This document shows, piece by piece, positions 47,701 through 61,759 of a stretch of DNA of 64,000 nucleotides. The DNA comes from Schmidtea nova. Its lineage: Eukaryota. The stretch lies in assembly GCA_044892505.1 (NCBI GenBank), contig CM097882.1:379812001-379876000 (forward strand). The letters run 5' to 3'. Position 1 is the stretch's first letter. Each line of letters opens with the position of its first letter. The notes below the pieces were generated by a model. The model worked only from the letters and a program-made list of their open reading frames with translations, ran no database searches and was not told the origin of the DNA. A program made the position numbers and the translations under genes.

Positions 47701-50232
47701 TTTCGGACATTTCTGCTATTCGCCTCCGAACAGTGTCGTTTGACAGGCAAACGTAACTTAGCTTGCTGAGCTCCGAACATCCCAGAACATTTGATATTAT
47801 ATCTTTGCAGCAAGGTAATATCAACTCTTCTCCGATATTGTGTGGTTTTTGGGCCGCAACTATTTTCCTTGAAACCTCATAGGACGCCCTCAGACCAGCC
47901 TAAGACCAGGGCTAATGTTGAATTGATTTTTAATAACAGAAATGATTAAATTATTTTTTGATGTTTTTTTTTTAAATGATTTAAAAAAATAAATATGCGT
48001 TAGTTCGTCCGGTCCCACCGAAACTGCGTCGCGGTCCCCTAGGGGACCGCGGACCCCACTTTGAGAACCGCTGGTGTAGATCAATTTCTTCATGAAATTG
48101 AAGATATAAGTAAATATATTGTAAGTCCCTATTTTTATAAAAATTACAATAAGAAAATGATCTTCACTGGCGATGATCAAATAACTTTTAATAACAGCAC
48201 AAACTGTCATTTGTGCAAGAAACTGTTTGTAGAACCAGTTAGAGATCACGCCCATCTTTCATGTCAATTTATTGGTGCAGCTTGCAAAAAGTGTAATCTT
48301 AGCAGGCAAATAAGACACACTTTGCCTGTTGTCTTTCATAATTTGAGAGGGTATGATCTACATCATATCCTCAAATTTGGCTTATCCCGGTATACATCTT
48401 GGAATATAAGCTGCATTCCAATTACTAGCGAGAAGTTTCTTTCACTTTTTGCTAATATTGATTCTTTGTCTGTGAAATTTATTGACTCTTGTCAATTTGT
48501 GTCTGAATCATTAAAAGGTGCTGTTGCAACACTAACATCTTTGCCATTAACATCGTCAGAGTTCAGTAGAATTATAATTAACAGCAAGGGAATTTTTCCT
48601 TACGATGTTGCGACCTCTTTAGATGTTTTAAGGTCAACATCAGAATTACCACCTATTTGGAAAGGTGTTGATGCAGAGGAATATGAGTTGGCTAAAGTAA
48701 TATGGCGAGAAACATCATGTACTTGCCTTTTGGATTACATGATGGTGTATCTAAAACTTGATGTGTTTTTACTGGCTGACTTTTTTCAGCAATTTCGGGC
48801 TAAGAGCATTGCCAATAACAAACTTGAGCCCCTTAATTTCTTTGGGATTCCCGGTATGAGTTGGAGTTCGGCTTTGATGACTCTTGAGAAACCGATTACA
48901 TTATTGACCGACATGGAAATGTACAATTTCTTTGAAAGGGGAATTCGTGGGGGGCTTACTTTTGTAAACAAACATTATGTTAAAAGTAGTGTGGATACAG
49001 ATTTGTTGTATATCGATATCAACAACCTGTATGGATGGGCTTTATCACAAAAGCTACCCGAGGGTAATTTTCAATGGGTGACCGATGATAATTTATTAAC
49101 TAATTTATTAATTGAATGCGCTACGGTAGATCTAAGTTTGCTTAGCTATGGTTATACCATAGAAGTAGATTTAGAAATACCGGCATCTTTTCACGATAAA
49201 TTGGATGATTTTCCAATTGCCACTGAAAAGATGTGCGGTCCTTTTTCCAAAGTTAAGAAGCTGTTGCTAACGCACAACTCCAAAAAGAACTACGTTCTTC
49301 ATTGGAGGCTTCTACAGATTTTTATTAATTTAGGTGCACTTGTAACAAAAATACATAGGGCAATTAAATACGATCAAAGCTATGTATTTAAAAATTACAT
49401 TGACACTAACACACAGTTAAGAGCAACATCAACAAGTAAATTAGACAAAAATTACTACAAGTTCCTTAACAACAGTTTATATGGAAAAACTGTTGAGAAC
49501 TTGAAAAAACGCATTAATCTGCGACTCTGCAATTCAGCACAAAAACTAATCACATATGCCTCAAAACCGGCATTTAGGATAACCACAAGGATAGACGACG
49601 ATTTGATTTCGGTTTTGCTTAGGAAGGAATCAGTGTGTTTGGATAGACCTAGTTACATTGGGCAAACTGTACTAGATTTATTCAAACTGAGAATGTACGA
49701 GTTGCAGTACAATGAGTTACAAAAATATCGTAACGAATTGAACTGTCAGATTAATATAGTTGCTGGAGACACTGATTCCTTCTTTTTGGAGATTAAAAAT
49801 TGTAGTCTTGACATTCTTTTAGCTGCTATGATTAGAGACCAGTTGCTTGACACATCCAATTATGACCCTAATCATCCGTTATATAATAGGAACCTTGACT
49901 CTGTCATTGACAAGTTCAAAGACGAGAGTAAAGGACTATTATATAAGGAGTGGGTGTTCCTAAGGCCTAAATGTTACAGTTTGTTGGGTGATGCGAGTAA
50001 CATGAAGGCTAAGGGAGTTGATTTGAAAGATACTAGACTGAGTCATGAGTCGTATCTTGATTGTTATGTGAACAATAGGATTTACAAGGTACCGCAATTT
50101 AGAATATGCAGCAAAAATCATCAGCTATATAGCATAAAGAACAAAAAAAAAGAACTGACAAATATGGACGACAAAAGGTTTTGGGTAACAAAAAATAAAA
50201 GTTTTAGCCTATGGCAATTTTCGGGTGGGTGA
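44740..50232 (+). pseudogene. Protein-primed family B DNA polymerase (Polinton type), frameshifted and split by a hAT
   Basis: VIYADFE (ExoI), CHLC..VRDH.H..AAC..CNL, FHNLRGYD, DINNLYGWAL (motif A), KFLNNSLYGKT (motif B), GDTDS (motif C), KAKGV. Removing 46268-48081 restores ..LGLDCVDQFLHEIE. Confidence 0.92.
46268..48073 (-). mobile_element. Buster-type hAT transposon, internally deleted
   Basis: Terminal inverted repeats CAGCGGTTCTCAAA and TTTGAGAACCGCTG; 8-bp TSD GTGTAGAT. The 466-aa ORF has IQLDETTD, CTDG..AM, HCTIHR and TTYECESAFS; the BED domain is missing. Confidence 0.95.
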
Positions 50233-51109
50233 TACCTTTATTGATGAACCAGATGACGATCCAGAACCTTTCAATCAGCCAATCTCTCCAGTTTTGTATC
50301 AAAATAATGAAGGAAATGATCCAGACAATCCAGATGATTTTATTGATGATTTTAACAATGATCATGATTATTTTGCTTGATTGATTTTCACTCAAAAGAT
50401 TTGTTAATTTATTTGTTATCGTTTTTAAAATGTTTTTTATTTGTAAAACTTTGTTTAGTTTTTGAAAGTTTTTNNNNNNNNNNNNNNNNNNNNNNNNNNN
50501 NNNNNNNNNNNNNNNNNNNNNNNNNNNNNNNNNNNNNNNNNNNNNNNNNNNNNNNNNNNNNNNNNNNNNNNNNNNNNNNNNNNNNNNNNNNNNNNNNNNN
50601 NNNNNTTTGATCTTTTTTTATTATTATTATCAATAATTCTCATAATGACTATAGATAAAATTTTTTTTATAAACAATAACACAATATTTCGGCACAGCCT
50701 TTATCAAGTGTGTATTTCACACTTGTGTATTTCACACTTGTGTATTACACTTGTGTATTCACACTTGTGTATTACACACTTGATAAAGGCTGTGCCGAAA
50801 TATTGTGTTATTGTTTATAAAAAAAAATTTGATCTATAGTNNNNNNNNNNNNNNNNNNNNNNNNNNNNNNNNNNNNNNNNNNNNNNNNNNNNNNNNNNNN
50901 NNNNNNNNNNNNNNNNNNNNNNNNNNNNNNNNNNNNNNNNNNNNNNNNNNNNNNNNNNNNNNNNNNNNNNNNNNNNNNNNNNNNNNNNNNNNNNNNNNNN
51001 NNNNNNNNNNNNNNNNNNNNNNNNNNNNNNNNNNNNNNNNNNNNNNNNNNNNNNNNNNNNNNNNNNNNNNNNNNNNNNNNNNNNNNNNNNNNNNNNNNNN
51101 NTTATATAA

Positions 51110-51142
<33 letters not shown>

Positions 51143-52404
51143 GATAAGTTATTATTATTATTTTAAGTTTTTTAATTTATATANNNNNNNNNNNNNNNNN
51201 NNNNNNNNNNNNNNNNNNNNNNNNNNNNNNNNNNNNNNNNNNNNNNNNNNNNNNNNNNNNNNNNNNNNNNNNNNNNNNNNNNNNNNNNNNNNNNNNNNNN
51301 NNNNNNNNNNNNNNNNNNNNNNNNNNNNNNNNNNNNNNNNNNNNNNNNNNNNNNNNNNNNNNNNNNNNNNNNNNNNNNNNNNNNNNNNNNNNNNNNNNNN
51401 NNNNNNNNNNNNNNNNNNNNNNNNNNNNNNNNNNNNNNNNNNNNNNNNNNNNNNNNNNNNNNNNNNNNNNNNNNNNNNNNNNNNNNNNNNNNNNNNNNNN
51501 NNNNNNNNNNNNNNNNNNNNNNNNNNNNNNNNNNNNNNNNNNNNNNNNNNNNNNNNNNNNNNNNNNNNNNNNNNNNNNNATGCTTACACACGGAAGGGAC
51601 TCACAACGGCGTACTGTTATCTGTCTTACACACAAGAGACTCACAACGTAGTGTTATCTGATTGACACACATACACACACAAAACTATGATCATCATAAT
51701 CGTCTTCCAACTACCTTTTGTTTGATACATATATTACATAGTTTTGAACCTTGGACCCTTCGAGGGTCGACCACCGACCTTCAACGGTATGACCATCATA
51801 CTCGACTCTCAATTACCTTCTGTTTGATACATATATTATATATTTTTTTAAATTTTGAACCTTGGACCCTTCAAGGGTCGACCACCCACCTTCGAGGGTT
51901 GACCATCATACTCAACTCTCAATTACCTTTTGTTTGATATATAACTTGTAAAGTTTAAATATATTTGAAGATTTTTGACCCCTTGAAGGTTGAGGACACA
52001 CCGTACACCTTCGAAGGTATGACCATTGTGTGCACATCTCAATTACCTTTTGTTTGATATATTACACACAAGGTTTGAAAAAGGTTGAAGGTTTTGCACC
52101 CTTTGAAGGTTAAGGACTCTCCATAAACCTTCGAGGGTATGACCATTGTGTGCACCTCTCAAAGACCTTTCGAATGATACCCTTGTTTGAAGGTTTGACC
52201 TTATTTGACTTTTGGAAATTCAAATTTAAAATTTGAAATTGAAATGAGTCGTCGATGACGTCACAAAATTCAAATTTGAAATAAGTCATCGATGACGTCA
52301 TCGATGAGTCATCGCGATGAGTCATAAAAATTTCCCTAACCCCCCGGGGGTGACGTCATTTCCTTTGTTCGGCGATGACTCATGCTCCACATAACTGCAT
52401 ACTT

Positions 52405-52499
52405 CTGAAGACGTTTCAAATAGACGTAGATGGATTGATAAAAACAGTGTCAGTCGATCGTCTGAAGCCAGCATTCATACCTTCGGTCTAGAGGGGAGA
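52405..52499 (+). pseudogene. Gypsy integrase C-terminal remnant plus polypurine tract
   Basis: KTFQIDVDGLIKTVSVDRLKPAF* followed by AGAGGGGAGA. Confidence 0.65.
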
Positions 52500-52676
52500 T
52501 ATGGTGGATTATTTTTAATCATAATTTAAAATAATTAAAATCTTTTTAGGAAGAAAAAGTTTGTTTTAATAAACAAAAAATAGAAGAAAATAGAATTTTT
52601 AATGTAGAATATATTTTTACTTATCATCCTTCGCATTTTTAATAATATTTGAAGAATGATAAATGATTCTTACATA

Positions 52677-52762
<86 letters not shown>

Positions 52763-53329
52763 TTCAACTTTTTTATTGCCTTATTTTTTGATTATTTAAA
52801 TAAGCAGTTTTATTTCTTAACAGTGTTTGGTGAATTCTTTTCTTTATTAATGTAAATGTTTAATAATGGTAATTATGATTTATTGTTGGATTCATAAATA
52901 CTTTATAAAATATAAACAAACTAAAATAATCGAAATATTTATGATTTTCTTAGATTTTCTTTGTCATTTCCTTCTTTTCTTCGTTAAGAACTTCGTTAAT
53001 ATGTCATAAAAGTTCCTGATATTTAAAGGAGCATTAATTAAAACAAAAATATTATTTTTAGGAAAATATGTTTTATTATAAAAATCTTTGTGGATGATCT
53101 TCCGGCCATTTTCTCACATCATCGTGAGTATGAGGCTGAAATTGGAATTCGCATTGACAGCATTGGATTGGACTGTTTTGTTGAACTCACACTGACTACC
53201 TGCATCGTAACAAGTTGGGATACCACAGTGAGTTATCGACTCGGAAGGTCAAGAAGATTAAAATAAAAAAAATAATTTGTTTAAAATAAAAATTATTATC
53301 ATTGTACTTTTTGTCATCATTAGAAGTAG

Positions 53330-56300
53330 TGGTTATAGTGCTATAGTTTACCTTTTTCTTTTTCATTAGTCGTGTTTTTAAAGTTTCCATTTCTTTATAT
53401 TGGCGATGTGTGATGAAAAATCTTGCTAACAACATCACACATTCAATAACTAATTTCCACGACCAACCCGTGATAACATACAATCTGTGTCGATAACACT
53501 TGCGACATTATTACTTTAATCACAATAACAATCAATAAATTCCAATTAGTCCAGCACAGGCTTGTCCAATAAATATGAATTTTCCCCATATCTTTTTCAT
53601 CGTATTGTACGTTATCCTTTTATCAGCTGTAAATAGGTAGTTATAATACACTTTTATGTTCATTTTTCTTTATTATTATGTGTTGTTATTTATAGTTAGT
53701 TGATAAGTTTTATGTTAGTCGGGAAGATATTGTAAAGTCTGAGAGAGTCTTCCAAAAACTGTGTGGAGACACTCGGGGTTTGTGCTTATATATATATATA
53801 ACTTGTGTTGCGTGCAAGTACAAACAACTAAACTAACAAAACTAATTATTTTATAAAACTCTATATTTAAAATGACGACTAAAAAGTAAACGCTACTCAC
53901 GATAATGTTATTGGATTGAAATAGGAACAAACTATTGTCCGTAATAATTAAATTAATATTAAATTTTCTTATAGCCGAATATGATTAATTGTTGACGATA
54001 ATGTTGTTGAATTATTCCCTTTGTTCAATTGTACCGAACCGGTTGAACTGGTTGTGTTTTGTACTTTTGAAATTTCCAATTATTTTTCTTAACAAAAATC
54101 AAAATCGTTTTTTCTATTTTCTTTTAGGCTTAGAATATATTCTTATTATTTTTTTGAATTAATCTATTCTCGAATTTCTCTAGGTTAGTTGTTGGATAAT
54201 TTGTTAAATTGCAATTTCCTCCGCAATTAAATTTTATCTTTTATAAATAAATTAATTTTCTATATTTGTAATTTGGCTTACTATAGCAATTTGCTATAGC
54301 AAGCCAAATTCAAATTTACAATACAAATTATCATGGCCAACTACTAAAATAATTATAATCACACAAATAATTGGGGGGATTTCCGTACCCAATATACAAC
54401 CAATAATAATAATAATAACGACAACAATGACCCTAAAGATAATCACCATCATAAGAGCGATAACAATAATGATAATAACAATACTAAAGATAATAACAAC
54501 AAAAATGGCAGTGATAACATACACTTTTCCAGTTCCACTCGGGAGGATAGTGTCTATCATTTCCATAATTACTCTTTCCTTTTTTTGAGGGAAATAATAA
54601 GTTTCTCCGAGCTTCTTCAATATCATCAGTGAAATATAACCCACTTTGAGTCATACTATCTAGAGATGAAAAATTATTCAAATATTCCAAATTTATCATT
54701 TCCAATTTTTTTGAAATTTTCACCCTCTTTGATCAGGTAGTGCAATCCATGATTCAGGTGTCAAACGATATAAAATGGGGCTAATAATCTATTGCTTTGT
54801 AATACTTTGGGTTTCACGTCCTCTTTCAATAAAATTCGTGTTACTGTTCCATGAATCTTAGTTTTCCATTAAAATTTACTTGCAATTCGTTTGTACATTG
54901 GTCATATTTCTTCAATTTAATGAGTACCACTTTACATTTATAGCTATGTAATGCTTCATCAAAAATTCGAGCAAATACTCCATTCTTCGACATCAAAATT
55001 GAAGCAACCAAATTAGGATCAGTAATAGCCATCGCCATCGCCATTCTATTTCGTTTTTTTTGATTAATTTGCAGTCATTTAGTATAATTTCTCGGTACCA
55101 GGGATACCATCTTTAAGATTTAAATATGCGGGACAAAAATATGCGGGACAAAATCTCGAAATTGAAATAAAGAAAAAAAACACATAATTTGAATATTTCA
55201 AATATTCAATGTATATATATTATTATAATATTTATTATAGTCACAAATAATGAAAAAAATAAAATTACAAAAAATTATAAAAAACTAAATAATAAAAAAA
55301 TATATGCTTAATGAAAAATAAACAAAACATAACAAAACAGAAAAAAAGGAATACAACTGACGAATGTACTTTTAATGTGCATTAATAATATTTAATTAAA
55401 TTTTTACCTATTAAATGTTTACTTGAATACTTTTTTTTATCATTTGTCTTTGACCACAAGGACGAGAATGACGAACTGTCATCACAATTCAAAAGTCCCA
55501 GTAGGCAATTTGTACTGCACAAAATATCCCAACTCGTGAAATAAAAATCCAAATTAAAACAAACCCCACCAAACCAAATAAAGTGACAATTTTCGTTACA
55601 GGGCTTGTATATTTTTAATTCAGACGTATAATTAATTTTGTTTTATGTGAAATTTTTTAAACTCGTTTTAGAGAGACATGCGGGAAAATTAGTTTGCGTG
55701 TGGGACACGGGAAATATCTTAGGTGTGTGGGACAATCCCACCTAGGGCGGGACAGATGGTAACCCTGCTCGGTACACACTTTCAACCGTATCCAGGCCAA
55801 AATAGAATAATTATTCAATTTTATTGTTGAAATAATTTGTTAATTTAATCTCTTCTCAGTATAACTTTATTTGAGCTTCTTCTGTAATTTATTTATACAT
55901 ATATTCCTTCATAATTCATTATATAAACAGTTTGTACACACTTGGTATTTACACCCTTTATTAAAAATCTCATTCCAACATGCGGGAAGATTGCCATTTA
56001 TACAGTTGGAGTTCCCTTCATTCGTACAGGAGTAATTCTAATTGTCGTATTTATTATCGAATTTAGAACTCATGTTGCAAAATGGATGCGTTTGGAGTTT
56101 TTCTGCATCATCATCGAACAATCCATCAAAGTGTCTTAACTATGTTTCATCTCTTTTATTACAACAACTTTATCAATGACAGTTTTATCCACTTATACGT
56201 TTCACCTTCGCAATCACGATTTCATTTGATTACCCCTTTGACTGCAATTGTTTCTCAAATTTTATGATTCAATTTAGCTTTCAGATTAATTTCCGAATTT

Positions 56301-59300
56301 ATTTTTAATCCTTCATTTAGAAAAGCTGCCAAACAGTTTTTGCGAGTTATTTCAATTACTCTCGGAATTGAGTGCATTTTAATCAACGAAGAATGACTCC
56401 ATTTTTCCGATTTTTCCGACTCCAAACAACCATAAGTGACAATTTCTAAGACAAAATAAGCAAGAACTGTCAGCACTACGCCTCTGTCCAAGCAATTTTT
56501 AATTAACTCCTTAATGACTGTTTCATCACAAAATATACTGTCTTTAACGTTATTTTGAAGTATGATTGGAAGTCGTTTTTTCTTCTGTTTCGCAAGTTGT
56601 TGTATAAATTCATCTTCGCATATATTCTCTTCTTCCAGTGCATTTAGTTCCATTACCAAACCTTTCAAAATCGATTCTGTTTTCTTCAAATCATTTAAAT
56701 CTGTTTTATCTAAATCAGTTAAGTCATCTTTTCCAATAGTCTCCCAGTTTTCTGCTTACGGTCATTTATTTCATCGCACTATCGATTTCTATAAAATTCA
56801 ATTCGCATTTTATTTCTTCAGTATTTAGCGGTTCATCATTGTTAAGGCTGTTTTCCTCTTCTAATTGTTATTATTGTTATTGTTATTTTTGTGATTTTTG
56901 AAAAACTTATTTGTAATCGCGCTCTTTGTTGTCGTGGGCGTCTTTTCTGATACAGGTGATCCCCCTTCTTTTATTTTTGTCATTTCGGTTATGTGTAAAA
57001 GTATTGTGAAAAGTAGTTGATTAATTATGAAGAATTGAAATAAAATTTTAAAAATCTATCGGAAATTAAAACAATAAAAAACTATGGAAGATACAAAACA
57101 GCAAAGAAAAAAACTATAGAAACTATTGGAAAATTTTTAACTAAAGAAAAAATTGGAAAGATTATCAAGAGACTGTCAAGTTTTACTCAAATATAATTCT
57201 GTGTTCTATACATACGTGAGTTGTGATTATTTTTATACTTTGTTAGTTTGATAAATTTTGTCTACAAAGTGTTTTTGTTGTTTGCTACATTATAATTCAT
57301 AATATACACAATCACACACGCACACATACAGACACATACATAACATTCACCCCAGCTGTCCCGACACTTTTGAATAGGTGACTCAGCTGGGCTCTACAGA
57401 TTTCTTTTTCAGATAAATTCATACTACAAAAATATACTACCTATTAAAATGCCCTACAGTCACTTATATTATTAACTTCCTGATTCACGGCATCAGTTTC
57501 AATGAAATCATAAGTCATATCTCCATTTTTCATTTCATTCAAATCTTTATCTTTTGACTCGTAGTTTTCAAACTCAGCTTTGTTTAGTTCATCAGATAAT
57601 TCAGTATTAATTACTTTAGATTTCATATCCTCATCTGTATCCTTTGCAATTCTAGGCCAGTGAGTGACGATAACCTCATTATCAATCACGTAATCTGGTT
57701 TATTCGTGGCATAAACATTATTTATATAATTTGGATTAAATCCATAATTAATTAAATATTCGTCACCGTCTAGCTCGACTCCTCTAAATGTTAATATAAT
57801 AATCCAATCATTACCCATTGTCTCTGCAGATTTTCGTCGTAATTTCGATGCCTTTACGCTCCGGTGCTCTTGAAAGTGCTCAACATTTCCTCCAATGTTT
57901 AGAGCTATTACTAATGACTTCAGATTATATCCGTTTCCCTGTATTCATGTCCTAGTTTTCGTATAGTCTCTTTTAATCTCGCTTGATAACTCGTCTTTTT
58001 ATGAATATAAGGTAAATTACATTCAAACAGTTTCTCTTTAGACTTTTAACACATTTCTGAATTCAACATAGATTTAAGACATTTATTAATCTCATCTTCA
58101 TCTTCAATATATAACATATCTCGCAAATCTTGTAAAGTTTCATCTCCACATTTAAATTCTGAACTTTAAATATTATCAGTGTTTATAATTTTTACCTCAT
58201 TTTTGAATCCATGGATAAAACCACACTCGACCAAGTATTCTTCATCCCTCAGTTGTCCCATTTGCTGTTGTATGATCTCTACGCTGCTTCCGTTATATTT
58301 AGTTAAAATAAGCCTTTCAAACTTTTTATTTGTCCTTAAGGATTAATAGAAAATTGAATTCTCAAATTATTGATGTCTGTGGCTTCAACAAAAATATCAT
58401 CCAAGTTGTTTTTGGATCTTAATACTCTCCAAAATATTCTCATTAATTTGGTGATTTCGTCATCTTGATGCGTGCCTTAGGACTTAGTACATAAGTTCAA
58501 TATACTTTTCAATTTACTTTCTCTGAGTGACATTCGACTTAGCTCTGTAATCCACTACTTCAATCTTGGATTGTTTGTTTCCATCCTTACCAGCCATCCT
58601 TCAAATCTCTTTATCGACAACGTAGCCTTTTAGTTTAACAAGTCATATTTTACTTTATTAGCAAATCTTTCCTTCACTTCAGATACATTTTCGTATACCA
58701 TATAAGAGTCTGCTTCTTCCTTTGATTCAAATTTTGATATCAACTTGTTTAATTTCTGTCTCATTTCCCGAAATTCATTTTCCATTTTCTTTGATTTCCA
58801 TAGATTCTTTGCTGAAGTTATTGATCTTTCTTGTTTCTCGACATTGACCGCGAATACCTTAGACTTTCATGTGTTTTTTAAATTCAATTCTATCTTCATT
58901 GCTTTCTTCACCCATTCTTCAAAACTTGAAAGATTCACGTAATATAATACTTTTTTTGATTTCAGGATGAAATGCAGTTATAAACTGATCTTGAAGCAAT
59001 TATTTAATATTTAACCGTTTTAACTTGCTCAGCCTTTGTTTCGAATGCTTTTTCTGCTAAAGTAGTTAAATGGTAGGTGAACTCACTTAATGATTCATTT
59101 GTATTTTGCACTCGATTGTAAAGTTTTTGCTCCATTATTCTTTTTATATCTCCTCCAAACAATTTCATTAACATTGCATCTTTTAATTTGGCCCAATCAT
59201 TTCCAACTGTCTTCTTATCCACTTACTGCCAAGCTTCTCATGCAGCTCTCTGTAAATATAATGGAAATCTTTGTACCATAATGACTTATGACCACCCATA

Positions 59301-59635
59301 GGCCGAAGCGTACATATTATAATCACCCATAAAATCAGCAAGGTCTACCGGATCTCCTAAATATTGATTAACCGGTAACTTTTGATAACTTGCAAAATCA
59401 ATCATCTCAGCATTATCATTGGCTATCTTGACTATTTTTCGACTTCATAAAGTATGCTCATTCAATTCTAAATAATAAAAGATGAAGAATTAATAATTAA
59501 TACCTCTTTAGACTTTTCCTTAATTTTCAATTACATTAAAAGTTTCAACTTTTTCTTCACACTTCCTTTTTGTACAAATCTTTTGTTCAAATCTTTTCCA
59601 CCAACTTTAGATCACGCCGGGCTCACCGAAATATA
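53330..59635 (-). mobile_element. Decayed relative of the giant element (gag, UBL, Bcl-2-like, env TM remnants), interrupted by later insertions
   Basis: tRNA-Trp-like PBS (C)GGTGAGCCCGGCGTGAT at 59611-59628; gag YLGDPVDL..F..Y..GWS..RFPLYL..W..LK..KLYNRVQNTNES; UBL LTFRGVELDGDEYLINYGF; env TMKKIWGKFIFIGQACAGLIGI. Confidence 0.7.
55099..55767. mobile_element. Non-autonomous hAT element (MITE), 669 bp
   Basis: Terminal inverted repeats CAGGGATACCATC and GATGGTAACCCTG; perfect 8-bp TSD CTCGGTAC. Confidence 0.92.
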
Positions 59636-60729
59636 TGTTGGGTTTTAATTAACTCAAATATTAATCTTCAGTATCTCTGACTCCTCGTGTTCTATTAATC
59701 AACAACTAATAACACTCCCAACGTATATTTGTTTGAAATTAATACAACCTTTTTACAATTCATTTATTACATAAAAATGATAGAACTTCTCAATTATTCG
59801 ATCGAGCTCCGCTGTAGGATATCTTGACTTTGTGCACGTTTACAATAAGTCGCCTAGTGCACTAGTTTCGTTTTGACCGAACTCTATTTCTTTAATAATT
59901 TGGTTTCTTATGATTAAACTCTTTTCAGTTTCTCTACTATTTTCTCTAACTATTTTCTTTAATTTAACCGCTTCCCTAAACCTTTCTATTTCTTCTAACT
60001 CTTTATTCTTTAACCTAAGCCCTGTCTCTTCTCCCTAACTGAGGCAAAATGCCAATTTTTTTCAATTTTGAGTTTCCTTATATACTAGAATACTCATTTT
60101 GATTAATTAGTTTTTTGGTCAAATCGCCTTTGTCTGACAACGCTTTGAAAATCGGTTTTCTTGAATATCGTTTGAGAACTAATAGTTATTGATTACGTTC
60201 TTCTGTTATCCTTTCGTAAAAATCAATTTTGTTTATTACCATTACTTATGCTACTGAGATAATAGCCTTCCGAAATCCACTCTGTTTACTCTCAATGTTT
60301 GTCGAGATTGGGTTTTTTCATCTCTCGGGTTCTTTTTTGGCTCGGGTTTCCTATTAGTTCGGGTTTTTCATTAGCCAATTAATTAAAATATTTACGATTT
60401 TCTGTTTTTACGTATTTACATGCTTTTCAATCTTTTCTAAACATTTTCTGACCAATTCTTAATAATGATCTTCCTCGCCATTATCTAATCTATACTTGTC
60501 CCGTTTTCCCATTTTTATTTCGATAAGTTAACCATCTATTAATTTTTCCTCAAATTTGCACATTTTGCATTTCGAATCTAACTGTACCATTCCTAATTCA
60601 GTTTGCATCACAATTTTCTATGCTATGAGTTCTATGCTTTTTCACAATTTTCTATCTATCTGTCTTATTCAATTTAAATTTTATTTTCATTTAAAATTTT
60701 ATTTAAAATATTTTTTTAGTTTAAAGACC
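59636..60729 (-). repeat. Probable 5' LTR (partial) of the decayed minus-strand element
   Basis: The minus strand ends ..CCCAACA, followed by TATATTT and the PBS, a spacing like the giant element's. The other boundary is uncertain. Confidence 0.5.
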
Positions 60730-61560
60730 TGTTGAGTGATATGGGTGTTGTTATAAAATTTATTGTTCTAAAAATTTATTGCCTCTATGGAATTACACAA
60801 CCCATAGCCCATCATATATATTAAACTACCTGATTCGAGTACACATAGTTATTCCCTAATTAACTATATTGGTACTGTAGACGGTGAAAGAATCTAGAGA
60901 GTAGTTGAGCTTCGTTGCCGAAACTACTCCTCACTATATTCTCTTTCTCTTGTTCTTGCTGCCGGTAGAAGGACTTACGCATCTACTTACTTCTCGGTCC
61001 TATAACATGACTTAATCTTAGTTTTCGATTTCCTGACACCATCTTCGATTTTCGCTTATTCATTTTTAAAATTATATATGCAACCTCTCTTAACCACCTC
61101 AGGTGTACTCTACACGTATGTCCCTAATTTGCTTATCCCATCTCCCAATATTTAATTGTCAATAAAGTTTAGTTAATTCTCGCCGTGCCCGCGGAACTCC
61201 AGAGAATCCCCAGAAGTTATGGCATTACACCACCAGGATGCATCTATTTAGTTTATGAGCAAAGTTTAATGGGAGATTAAACATACATAAATTCAAACTT
61301 ATAATTCAAAATATTTATTAGATTCAATTCAAAATTTACAGGAAACTTCGAATTACATAATAAAATAAAACATATCTGTAAGTTCACGAAGATTTAATTC
61401 ACTCAAATGTTTACATAAACTGGCTGGTGGAATCACTCAAAAGCTGACTGCCGTTAATTTTAGTCTCAAAAACTGGTAAAATTATGAATTTTCAACGCCT
61501 TTGTATACTATTTTTGAGTGACTGTATGTCCACTACTGATGCGGGGCTAGAAAAACTGTG
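60730..61560 (-). mobile_element. Third old LTR-like copy of the same family
   Basis: Homologous to 2853-3640 (ATGGGTGTTGTTA.AAAATTTATT, the conserved motif at 60900-60980, and the AAATTATGA.TTTTCA..TTTTTGAGTGACTGT block). Confidence 0.6.
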
Positions 61561-61759
61561 GGGGTATGCTAAAGAGAATTTCAATTGACAGGCTCAAGCC
61601 GTGTGTAGAAAACGAGCAGCAGACGCAATGAATCTTGGATAGGAGTTATATTGGAATATTAATTATCTTGTAATTAATATTTCAAATAAATTAAAAACAA
61701 ATATTTTGTTTTAATTTAGAAATTGTAGTATAATAATATATTTTTAAAAAACGAGTTTT

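Larger units (their letters stand above)
43382..51579. other. Assembly gaps (N runs at 43382-43526, 50474-50605, 50841-51101, 51184-51579)
   Basis: Runs of n in the sequence. Confidence 0.99.
41321..52403 (+). mobile_element. Polinton/Maverick deletion derivative (pPolB only)
   Basis: Termini AGTAGGCAGTTAT and ATAACTGCATACT; 6-bp TSD TCTGAA (41315-41320 and 52404-52409); long inverted arms; protein-primed PolB. No integrase, ATPase or capsid recognised. Contains N gaps. Confidence 0.88.

Noticed and set aside
50377-51665. ORFs containing X runs
   Set aside because: Artefacts of translating through N gaps.
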